64,000 bases of DNA from Octopus vulgaris (lineage: Eukaryota), in the NCBI GenBank assembly GCA_951406725.2, contig OX597815.1:210118001-210182000 (forward strand). The letters are read 5' to 3'. Numbering within the stretch: position 1 is the first letter of the stretch; each line of letters begins with the position of its first letter. Shown here piece by piece: positions 51,945 to 64,000 of this stretch. The notes under the pieces are model-generated. The model did not search any database, was not told where the DNA came from, and saw nothing but the letters and a program-made list of their open reading frames with translations. The translations under genes and the position numbers were made by a program.

Positions 51945-52286
51945 AAGGTGCATGGCTCAGTGGTTAGAGCGTCGAGCTTACGATCGTGAGGTTGTGAGCT
52001 CGAATCCCGGACCGGGCTGCGTGTTGTGTTCTCGAGCAAGGCACTTTATTTCACGTTGCTCCAGTTCACTCAGCTGTAGAAATGAGTTGCGACGTCACTG
52101 ATGCCAAGCTGTATCGACCTTTGTCTTTCCCTTGGATAACACTGGTGGCGTGGAGAGGGGAGGCTGGTATGCATGGGTGACTGCTGGCCTTCCATAAACA
52201 ACCTTGCCCGGACTTGTGTCTAGGAGGGTAACTTTCTAGGTGCAATCCCATGGTCATTAATGACCGAAGGGGGTCTTTACCCTTTT
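51945..52286 (+). mobile_element. tRNA-derived SINE family D
   Basis: A box tggctcagtgg, B box-like gctcgaatcc, then a CORE-like body ttgtgttctcgagcaaggcacttta. Confidence 0.85.
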
Positions 52287-52313
52287 ACATACATACATAC
52301 ATACAAACATACA

Positions 52314-52345
<32 letters not shown>

Positions 52346-53372
52346 CACACACATACATACATACATATACACACATACATACATACATACATACATACAA
52401 ACATACATACATACATACATACTTACACACATACATATATACATACATACAAACATACATACATACATACATATACACACACATACATACATACATACAT
52501 ACATATACACACACATGCATACATACATACATACATACACACATACAAACATAATACATACACACATACATACATACATACATACAAACATACATACATA
52601 CATACATACAAACATACATACATACATACATACAAACATATACACACACATGCATACATACAAACATACATACATACTAACATACATACATACATACATA
52701 CATACATACATACATACATACAAACATACATACATATATACATACACACATACACACATACATACAAACATACAAACATACATACATACAAACATACATA
52801 CATACATACATACAAACATACATACATACATACATACATGCATACACACATACAAACATACATACATACACACATACATACATACATACATACACACATA
52901 CGTACATACATACATACATACATACATACAAACATACATACATACAAACATACATACATACATACATACAAACATACATACATACATAAATACATATACA
53001 CACATCCATACATACATACATACATACAAACATACAAACATACATACATACATACAAACATACAAACATACATACAAACATACATACATACAAACATACA
53101 TACATACATACATACAAACATACATAAATACATACATACATACATAAATACATATACACACACATACATACATACATATACACATACATACATACATACA
53201 TACAAACATACAAACATACATACATACATACAAACATATACATACATACAAACATACATACATACATACAAACATACAAACATATATACATACATACATA
53301 CAAACATATACACACATGCATACATACATATACACACACATACATACATACACACATACAAACATACATACA

Positions 53373-53404
<32 letters not shown>

Positions 53405-53485
53405 CACACACATACATACATACATACATACATATACACACACATACATACATACACACATATATACATACATACGAACATACAT
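52287..53485. repeat. ~1.2-kb degenerate (TACA)n array
   Basis: Directly visible. Source of the HTYI/MYVC ORFs. Confidence 0.95.
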
Positions 53486-56400
53486 GATCTACAGGATATC
53501 GAATTATAGAGTTAGTTTCACTTAAAACCTATGCACACTCAGGAATCTTATTCTCACACTGGAAATACTTTTAGAGAAGCCATATCTCTCTGGACTCACG
53601 AATAAAATTAATATTCGGCTGAAAGTTTAGACATATGCTGCAAAGCAGATTATTGAATCAGAATTTATCATGTGTTAATTTCTAAGAACAAGAAACCTAT
53701 GTGTGCCGTCTCTTGATCTTATGGAGAGCTTTCATTTTTATAGCAATTGTAAATATGAAAGAATTTGCAAATCATTGAATTTACTTTTATATGAAATCAG
53801 TAGATAGTTAAATTCAAAATATGATTCCGGTATCATGATATATGTTCAATATCAGACCGGTGAATTCTACATTTAGAGACATTGATAACGTTGCTTTGGG
53901 TTATTTCTTTTATCCACCACTCAGTGTTGGAAGCCAAAAAATATATTTTCACAATATTTTCCTACGGTAACGCTTTTTAAGCTTTCAGAAATAGCCTCGA
54001 AACTTTTAACCCTCAGCTGTAGAACAGAAGTATCATAATACATATTTTAAAGTTTGTCGAACAGCCAAACTCTTGTATTCAAGAAAAATGTTATTAGATG
54101 TGGTTTATGATATTAACGATAGTCGGGAAGCAAAAAAAAAATTAAAGAAAAGTTTAAAGAGAGTAGAAATAGACTGATTGCATAATAGCCGCTGGTAGGA
54201 TTCTCTTTTAATTTATTAAAGAATAATCAACACTTTCCAATATAACCTGTTTATATGGAACACTTTCATTTAATTAGTGTGGGCAACCTATTTCTTTCCT
54301 GTAGTAGTAAAATGGTAATTATTTTACTCACATTGTACGAAATAACGCCTTCAGTTATAAAGTTATACAATGTATTACAAGCTTGGAATGAATTATATAA
54401 TTTTCAATATAATAAATGAACCCTCCACACATTTTCATACCAAAATTCATCGGAGAGATATTAGTGGGTGGTCTGCGATATTAATATGCATCTCTATAAC
54501 AACAAAAAACAGTCTATATTTGATTAACTTATTAAAGGGTTGGATAATACCTCACACCAAGACGTAGTATTTCCGAATTAAAACTAAATGAAATGTATAG
54601 AAAATAAATAGCGTTTAGGAGAGCAGAGAAAATGTAATATTACCAATATAAATTCAGTAACAAGATAAATGAGATGAAATGGTACCAATATAAATTTCTA
54701 GCAAGCAAAATTATTACACTGCAACTTTGTTTAATTCATGATGAAACAATAAAGCATTTCAACTCATATAAAAATAGTAAGGGTGCTTGACACACGTAGG
54801 AAAGTTATCCTTTTCCTACAACAAAAATATATACTTGTACATCAAGTACCTAAATGCAAGACAGAATCAGTTGCGTAGATGGTGTATACACTTAAGCATA
54901 ATTGCAGACATTAACTGAAGCATGGACACCATGAATGTGTTATAAATGCATGTTGGGGAGTACAGATTAGAATATGAAACTGAAACCAACAATAAATGAG
55001 ACCAGAATGAAATGAAATGTCAACCGGCTCCCCTGAAGCCTTGGCTTTCTTCTTGCTATGAAGATATCTGTCAAAGTCTTTAACACAGCTCTGATCCCAG
55101 AGACTGTGTCATCTGCAGAAACGTTTGTATCGGTTTTATAATTTCTCATAATTTTTTCAATTACCATCTGCGGTAAATTTATTGAAGACCAAGTATTCAG
55201 TTTAGTAAAATATCTTTATAGCTATCATTTCAAAATGCTATCGCACACATTTTGCCACACCCTCACTCGACACACTAATTTCGTTAACTGACGAGTACCT
55301 CGTGGCTAAGTATTCTCACTGAATTTCATCTATCTTTGTATCAACAAACAAATCTTTCATTTGCCGTCTTAAATAAATTAACTCACCCTCAAACAGTTTT
55401 TATTTTCTCTATACAAACATTTTGCAACAATAATTAACAATTCAAATCTAAACAGCTTCTTCTAGGCCTGAGCGCTTTCTCAAGATAATTATCTAGAAAA
55501 TAACTTACATGCAAATGTATCCAATAGATGAATTTAAAAGTATGGTAATACACATACACGCACGTACGCAAGCACACAAAAGTTACCACGTCTCTGTGTG
55601 TTTTTATATGAATGAAAAAAACTCAAACTTACAAATTAAAATATAATTTTTGCACGCACTTAGTTCACTTTCATTTTATAACAGTTATGTTTCCAAATAA
55701 TAAACCAACTTGATACATTATATGCTCTTTATTTCCCATCAAGCACAGTACATGTAAATTACTTTTCCTCGTTATTTAATCTCAGAATTTCATGCCACTA
55801 CCATACCAGAAACATACCTGTTTCATCCTTCTATTAACTCAAATGTCAACCAGCTTCCCTGAAGACTTGGGTTTCTTCATGCTCTTCAGATATCTATCAA
55901 GGACTTTAACACAGCCCAGTTATTTTTGTGCTGGGTTTGAATCAACTAACCCAAACACAATACATAATGACAATAGGTGACGAATTTGTTGAGTTGCTTC
56001 AGCATTGGACATAATACTTTACTTTCCGAGATATTTTTCTCCCCTCTGTACTCTGTGTTGAAATTCGAGATCAAATTCGCCTTTCATCCTTTCGGTATTG
56101 ATAAAATGGGACCAGTTTCTGCAATCCAACAAGAATACTTGTTGAATTGATGGAATGGTAAGACTACATTGCTGATGAAGCATTTTTGGTATTTGTTTCG
56201 GCTTTTTTAATTTCTGAATTCAAAACTAGCTCTTGTATACTTGGAATGCAGACTCAACCCCTTACCCGATTTAACATCACCACTTGGCTCTTTATGTGTC
56301 TTCTGCAAACTTTACTCTGTTATAGACAGTGGAGAATGCCTCATGTTTGAAGATATCAATCTCCTACCTATCTAGGCGGCCTTGAGTTGGGGGGGGGGGG

Positions 56401-58023
56401 GTCATATGAGTATTGATTTCCCTGCTCACTAAGTAACTAGATAGAAAACTTGAATAGGTAAAAACTAAAATAAAAAAGGAAACATTGAAAAGATAATGAT
56501 AGTGTATAAAGAACAACGTATAAGTTCGAGTAACATCGAAAGACGGATGAATCAATAAAACGAATGATGAGAGTGAATTATAAAAGATACCGTACTATAA
56601 AGATAACTGAATGAAATTAGATAAATGAACATGCATAACCAAGAAAGAAAATGAATATGTAATCCTATGAATATTCACTAGAAATAATAATGAAGAATGC
56701 CATAAGTAAATCCTACTGAACGTTTCTATGTAAACGGATCATATAACAGTAGAGTAACTGGATATACCACTAATTGTTGAAGAAATTAATTCATGCTAGC
56801 TAATTGATTTCCTCATTCCTTATGAAAACAACTCTGCCTTCAAGGAGTGAGAAAATATTGATAGTTATAAAGATCTAGTTAAATAGAGAAAATGTCTATA
56901 ATACCTATTATAATAAGAGGAATGAGAAGATATAAATATAAAAACAAAATGGAAAAACTTCAAAATTCGCCGTCATAACCAAGATTGCTAATTTTCAAAA
57001 ACCTGTCATTATTAATATTGCAAGGACCCTCAGGAAAGTTCTTGAAATTTGAAGTGGTTTTATCTTACCATGATTCATTAATGACATTCCGCTAATAATT
57101 TAAAATCACAGCGTAATGATAATGTTGGTGGTTATGATGTTACTACAGCTTTTGTTGTTATTGCTGACGATGATGGCAATAATGCTACTTAATAACTGTT
57201 CATAAAATAGCCACAGGAACAAGGTAACAAATGTTTCTGTAGTTTATTATATCAATCCGAGAAAACGGCCCAAAAGTATGACAGTAAAATTGATCATGAT
57301 GTGATCTGAGCTTAGAAGATATTAAAAAAAGAAAGAAAAAAAACTCATACTAACCTACTAAATACCTCATTTTTTTTCTTGCAATCTACCTTTTATGATA
57401 GTTACTGCAATAATAATTCTAATGTCTTCTAATTTAGGCACAGGGCCTAAATTAGTTTTTACGTGAAATGGGTAACTTGATGCCATCAACCCAGTATTTA
57501 ACTGAAGATATCAAAGGAATAAAAAAGCAAAGGTGACCTCAGCAGAATTTGAATTCGGAATGTAAAGAGACGGTACAAACACCACAAGGAATTTTGTCGG
57601 ACATTTCAGTCTTTTACACACGCGACTTTATTGCAACGGGCACAATAGAAATGGTATACAATGGTTGCGTCAAAAGAAATTAACAAAAGCAAAAGATGGC
57701 ATATTCAGTGCCAATGAAGATAAATCTTCCTATATAGCACTTATACTTAAGATTGATTAGAGGGGGTGTAAGTATAATTTAAATCTGATCACAACCTGAG
57801 AAGATTTAGGAATTGATTCTGAGATCGATCAGTTATTGATAGAGAAACCAATGAACAATTTTTTTTTCTTCAGAAAGTTCAAACTTGTGTAATGAAGAAT
57901 AAAATCAATCAAGCGGATGTTGAAGGATTAAAGTAAATAATATTGTTTCTGGTTTTGGGGTTGACATTTATTGGCAAGACAGTATTAGAGTTTTCTAATA
58001 TTCGTAATTATACCAGCATTTTA

Positions 58024-58540
58024 GGCGGCGAGCTGGCAGAAATGCTAGCATGCCGGGCGAAATGCTCAGTGGTATTTCGTCTGCCGTTACGTTCTGAGTT
58101 CAAATTCTGTCGAGGTCGACTTTGCCTTTCATCCTTTCGGGGTCGATTAAATAAGTACCAGTTACACACTGGGGCCGATCTAATCGACTTAATGCGTTTG
58201 TCTGTCCTTGTTTTCCCTCTCTGTGTTTAGCCCCTTGTGGGTAGTAAAGAAATAGGTATTTCGTCTGCCTCTACTTTCTGAGTTCAAATTCCGCCGAGGT
58301 CGACTTTGCCTTTCATCCTTTCGGGGTCTATAAATTAAGTACCATTTACGCACTGGGGTCGATGTAATCGACTTAATCCCTTTGCCTGTCCTTGTTTGTC
58401 CCCTCTATGTTTAGCCCCTTGTGGGCAATAAAGAAATAAGAAACGTTAGCACGCTGGGCGAAATGCTTAGCTGTATTTCGCCTGTCTTTACGTTCTGAGT
58501 TCAAATTCCGCCGAGATCGACTTTACCGTTCATCCATTCG
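58024..58540 (+). mobile_element. SINE family A (tandem, about three body units)
   Basis: Head ggcggcgagctggcagaa plus repeated bodies. Confidence 0.92.
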
Positions 58541-60019
58541 CTGCAATGATGTGTGCAAAAAACAAAACCGTTTCTTCATTTCGATTTTGAACTACTTTTT
58601 GCTACACAAGTCTTGTGCACGCGCGTGTATGACTGTAAGTGTACGCTCATATGTCTATATGTCGGTGCAAGAGCACTTCTATGCGTCTTTTTGTGTAAGA
58701 ATGTGTAAACCTGTGTTTGTGTGACTGTGTACGCGGATGTGTATGGGTTTTGTTTTGATTGTAGTCAAACTGTTGTTTTCCCCTGCTTCAAATGATGTGA
58801 ATTTCATTGTAAAATATTGTTGATCATGTTATGCTTGTTGTGTATGTGAATGCTTTATATGTTAAGCCGCTACGCGTTGCTAGTATTTCTCGTTGAACAT
58901 TTCAACTTATTTCATGTCGTATGTATACGTTCCTCGTATTAGTGTTTCTGTCTAGTACATATGCGTATGTTTATATTTATCACTATCGACAGCTGTCTGT
59001 TTGCAGGCTTTGCTCATTTGTACAATATCTATTAGTACCACCGATACCTTCCATCTCTTCGGAGTTGATAAAAGAAATATCAGTCAAGTACTAGTGTTGA
59101 TTTCATTGGCTCACCCATTTATCTCAGAATTACTGACCTTGAAGCCCTCAACGGACCGGTATCCCTATTAGGGAAAACGGTGTGGGTTGGTCATTCATAC
59201 CCCAGGGAGTTCGGTAACTTGCCCAAAGAGAAAAATAAATGGCATCTGTCATTATAGGAATTATTTCTGTTTTAATTTCGGTTAATTGTTATTCTAGCTC
59301 TCAATATCAAGATAATTCCTATATTTCTAGTAAAGTTATCTAGAATTTGATATATAAACTGACTTAATTTTAAAATAAATATTACTTTTAAGATATTTTA
59401 AAATAGAACTTAATATTATTACTCTGGTAGTATCATGAAAAGCAGATATGAAAATCCTTATATATAAATGTTATAAAAAAATTTTTTTACGAACATTTCA
59501 CATCACATTTTATAATGGGAGTATAAATCTATCAGATGTAAGATTGCATTTATGAAGAATAACAAGTAAACTTATTCTTTTATTGCTCTATCCATTTGTG
59601 AGAACAATAGATGAATAAGAGACAGGGTTATACAGAAAGTAATACAGGATAAAGAAACGAGTAAAAGTAAATGATTATGCATGAAGCTTATGCAGAAATT
59701 GAATTTACGCTAATTTATAATGTCTTTCGAACGACTCTAGTTAATAATTCCTTAATGATAGAAGCAATTTATTTGACAATCTTCAAAGTATGAAATACAG
59801 AAATAACTGAAAATAGAGGAAATACAATTCATACAAAATCAAGGTAGATGCTAATCAGTTAAAGTAACATGTAATATCAAAAAGAGAACAATCCAGTTCT
59901 GCTTTAGACAAGAACATGGAACATAACATAAATATATCGCATGTAAACCAACATATATATATATATGTATATATATATGTATATATATATGTATATATAT
60001 ATGTATATATATATATGTA

Positions 60020-60062
<43 letters not shown>

Positions 60063-60199
60063 ACAACCTATGTTATAATAGTCGTTAAAATCGATATAAG
60101 AAAAATAAAGCTATATGACTACCAAAACAAATTGTCTACGTCGGAAAAATAAAAAAGGACACTAACCGAGGTAAAGTCGTAGCTATAATATGTAAAATG

Positions 60200-61200
60200 C
60201 AAAATAAAAGCAGAACCGTATCTCTTTGAAAGCCTCACTCTATGCAAAACAAAACTTAAAATTAAAGATGTAGACAAATTTAATGACATTAAAGAAATTC
60301 TTAGTCAAGAAGTAAATTTGAAAATCCAAAGGCTAAAGAGATTCGCGAAAAAGATAAAATATTTCAAACGAAACAATATATTGAAAGAGGGGAAATTCTT
60401 TATGGGGTGTTAAACAACAAAGATATAAATGCAAGATTCTCATAACAGAAAAAGAATTGTAAGAATTTTACAGAATGATCTTAGAGATGGAAAAATCAAT
60501 AAGACGAATAACCTAATTACTGAAACAGAACACAAAATGTGCTATATAATACAGGAAACATTCACAAATATATAGTAGATGAAGAGCCGCCGCTTGTTAT
60601 AAATGTGAAAGGCAGTGACACTAACATGGACTCGAAGACATTAAAAACTTTCCGAAATAAAGGTAACCTTCTCACCTACATAGCTCAAGGCTTTAACAAA
60701 ATTGCTATCGACTCATCTTAAATATTCCATTGATTAAGTAAGAACGTAACTTTTACTTCTGAGAACGGAAAATCTTTGGAAGAATAAATTATTGCACCCT
60801 TTACAAAATGTACAAATCAATCTGTAAGCACAAAGAACCAGCGAAGTAGCTGCTGGTTGCATAATCTACTGTCTTAGAAACAGAGAATACACTAGATAAT
60901 GTGGAACTGGATGCATAGTGTGAGTAGAAAAATCTTGGTTGAGGAACTGTTCAGTTTACTTTTTGATCAAATGACTTCTCAATCTAAAATAATAAGATAA
61001 ATGCCGCAGCAAGTTGTCGAAAGAAGATGCAGGTATAAATACAAATATGTAGTATAAAACACAATGTCAGAAAGCAGCAGGTGTAAGAATCGCTGTCAAG
61101 CAGGCATTATTTTCATAGTTCACTGATATATGCGAAACGTCTCTCCCTTGCAAGTGTGAACAAAATATACTTTGGACTGAATTAAAATCTATGTGAAATC
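60200..61200 (+). mobile_element. Very decayed R4/Dong-like ORF remnant
   Basis: DIKEILSQEVNLKIQRLKRFAKKIKYFKRNNILKEGKFF resembles the pre-RT region of R4-clade proteins. The remainder is heavily eroded. Confidence 0.4.
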
Positions 61201-62334
61201 TTAAGTATGTTAGAGGCATGTAGAAAATCAAAATTAGTCAAGTTTCAGTTATTGACAAGGTTTATCTTCATATCAAATTTGACTGAGGAAACCTTTCATC
61301 TTTGACCATCCTAATTTTTAATATTAGAAATACATTGTCCAATGTTTCCTATATTTTTAAGACGTGTGTACGAGGCTACTACTTTCCGACTGTCAAAACC
61401 GCACGGAAGAAACAAACTAATTATAATGGAAAACAATAGTAGAATGAACATAAAATATGTTTTAAAAAGATCAGTCTATGTCAAATTAGAAACTAAGACC
61501 TCACGCACAATAAATAAAGATAGAAAAACACTTTATGTGTAGTATCAACAAACTGGACAAATGCTGATATTTTCATTTCAGAAGAGAAAATATTTTGCTT
61601 CAGTAAGCACTAATTACGTATCGAAGGGGATCAACATTAGCCATTTTAAAATCAAATTGTTTTCTAGTAAATATCTCTATTATTTTCAATAAAAATATCT
61701 AATCTATGAGAATTTCAATTGCATCAGATAAAACATTTAAGTATACAATAAACTACAAGTAAGAAATTAGAGTATAAAGATTACCAATAATAAATGGTGC
61801 ATTAGATAGGATAAAAATTAAAACATGAACAAAATATTAATGTATGTATCTCATTATGAGAAAATGGCAAAAATGTAACAAATAATGAGTAACAGGAAAA
61901 ACAAGAAGAGCACTTCAAATTAGATTTCATCAAACTAGCCTCCCCTCAACTGAAACAAAACTATACACAAATTTGACAGACACGAGTATGTATTTAGGAT
62001 TAAACTCTGAGTTGTAACAATGACCACATCTTTCGAACTAACTCGAAAACTTACGGAATCTTTTTCATTTATACCCGGCTTCAGTATTTGTAAATTGAAG
62101 AAATATATGAAGGGGAAATTCCAGATTTTTGGTAATGTCGGTGATAAGGATTAGACAAGTTATCGCAGGCAACTAGTGTGTAAGGGTTTACATGAATAAC
62201 CTCTTATGAAAGTACACATGTTACGCACGGTGGGAGCTGGTAGGTATCATCGATCTCAGTACTTGACTTGTTCATTACTTTATCGACACTAAAAAGGTGA
62301 ACGACAAATATGAGCGTAGTAGTATGTGAATCTA

Positions 62335-62629
62335 CAGGATGTCCACAAAGTCTGGGTACATGGAGTAAATAAAATCATAACATAAAGAATTAAATATAAG
62401 AAATAATAATATCTTAAAGTATGTGTTAATCCCATGTGGGAACATGGAGTAAATAAAATCATAACATAAAGAATTAAATATAAGAAATAATAATTTCTTA
62501 AAGTATGTGTTAATCCCATGTGGGAACATGGAGTAAATAAAATCATAACATAAAGAATTAAATATAAGAAATAATAATTTCCTAAAGTATGTGTTAATCC
62601 TCATGTACCCAGACTTTGTAGACACCCTG
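62335..62629. mobile_element. Tc1/mariner MITE with three internal 84-bp tandem repeats
   Basis: TA-caggatgtccacaaagtctgggtacatg ... catgtacccagactttgtagacaccctg-TA. Repeat units start at 62358, 62442 and 62526. Confidence 0.9.
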
Positions 62630-62829
62630 TAGAATGTGAAAACTAACAAGAAATCCCACAGGGCATTTTGTCCACTATTTGAATTACCTTGGCAATTCAC
62701 TCACTCTCAAATAATGCAAGGGAAATCATTTATAACTCATTCTACCTAACATTCTCATTGCTAATCTCATCGTTGCTGTCTAACAGTCGTTTACCGTATG
62801 TAATATGATGTCAACGTATGTCGACTGAG

Positions 62830-63005
62830 AAAGAGGTAAGCTAGCATAATCGTTAGCACATCGAACAAAATACTTAACAGCATTTCGTCTGTCTTTACGT
62901 TCTGAATTGAGACGAGCCCAAGTTTGCCTTTTATCCTTTCGGGTTCGATAAAACAACTATCCTTTCCCTATATTTGTAGGCCTTATGCCAACATTTTGAA
63001 ACCAA
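62830..63005 (+). mobile_element. Old SINE family A copy
   Basis: Diverged head and body. Confidence 0.7.
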
Positions 63006-63373
63006 TATATACCAGCTGGGTCTGTTATTCTACAATGCATTCATTTTCTCTCAGACTTGCAAATAGCAACCGCATCTCGATCTAATGAAACGTCACCCTA
63101 TTTGGAAAAGAATATATTGTCCAATATAATTCCTGATGCACAAAGGATGGGATAGTGAGAACTAGAACACTTATCGTAATAACTTTGATCAGTGTTGGTG
63201 TATAGTTAAGCAGCAACCAAACAAATTTGGAGCCAATGAGGGGAACCTTCTGTGCGGAAATTGTATCTGCTTAGCAATAACCGTTAAATTATGCTCCAGA
63301 GACACCCTAGTGTTTGAATAAGGAAAGGAAGCATAGGACACATGGACATATAGAGAACAGAGAAAATAACTTA

Positions 63374-63721
63374 TCTTTATATATAAAAGTCAAGTTGTGT
63401 GTCTGTCTCCTACGATTTAGATTCCTAACTACTCCCACATTTTGCGGTGCAGTTTAACCAAAAACCGGGTATCTTATAGTCGTGATTTATATCGAGCCCT
63501 TCTGGGTATTAGCGCGCGTCTACGATGAGTCCACGATTTAAAAGAAAATTTACCATCAATTTTTCCCATTTTTAATGCATTTTTGGCATATATAAGGGAA
63601 GCAACTCTCTAAAAATGTATTATTAAATCTCAGAACGTAAAAAGCTACAGTAACACCCTCCCCCTTTGCTTATATAGTTATTTCCTTTACAAACCCGAGC
63701 AACGCCGGGCGATACTGCTAG
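63374..63721 (+). mobile_element. Non-autonomous Helitron
   Basis: A^TC start, subterminal hairpin cccgagcaacgccggg, CTAG^T end, no TSD. Confidence 0.9.
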
Positions 63722-64000
63722 TATATCATAGAAACTATAAGAAAACCGTCTGATGTGTTTCTCCTAGTAAAACAATTAATAAATACTAACAAAAGCACAA
63801 TAGTAAAACTATTTAGGGACCGTATAGTCGATCATAGATATAATATTACATGTACTTAATATATATCTAGCTGTAAAATCTAGAACGTAACGTGAAGCAA
63901 ATGGTGATGAGGAGGGGGAGGAAGTGAAGGAGAAAGATTTTAATTTATTATAATAATGACAAAAGTGATCATACTTTGGGATGTGCCAATACATACGAAA

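Noticed and set aside
51945-52015. tRNA gene
   Set aside because: The tRNA-like head runs into a SINE body, the acceptor stem does not close, and there is no terminator.
52250-53525. ORFs of 260-419 aa (HTYI/MYVC)
   Set aside because: Translation of the (TACA)n array, open in nearly all frames.
62358-62600. Regularly spaced repeats that could be read as a CRISPR array
   Set aside because: No unique spacers, eukaryotic context, and bounded by MITE TIRs.

Overview
AT-rich, repeat-dense eukaryotic DNA with no intact host gene that I can recognise. The tRNA-derived SINE families and very long (AT)n/(AAT)n/(GATA)n/(TACA)n tracts suggest an octopus genome (inference from SINE recognition). Almost all listed ORFs are microsatellite read-throughs or transposon relics. 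Decayed mobile elements: Tx1/L1-like, R4/Dong-like, RTE and CR1-like LINEs, mariner/Tc1-like transposase relics, MITEs, two non-autonomous Helitrons, four SINE families and a short 28S rRNA fragment. The most striking signal is a set of mutually unrelated non-coding elements, each carrying a minimal type I hammerhead ribozyme (CUGANGA...GAAA...NUH) with a palindromic or near-palindromic stem III, usually a divergent 5' inversion, and often (TA)n flanks. The largest is a 2.35-kb array of 564-565 bp monomers with one hammerhead per monomer (6022-8376), a retrozyme / Penelope pseudo-LTR-like unit that could yield self-cleaved monomeric or circular RNA. All six intact-looking hammerhead families have a non-Watson-Crick 10.1/11.1 pair. 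A further three-way junction (38770-38870) has hammerhead geometry but a non-canonical core. A Penelope-like GIY-YIG C-terminus at 50872-51006 suggests the mobilising machinery. All folds were done by eye, without computation or database searches.
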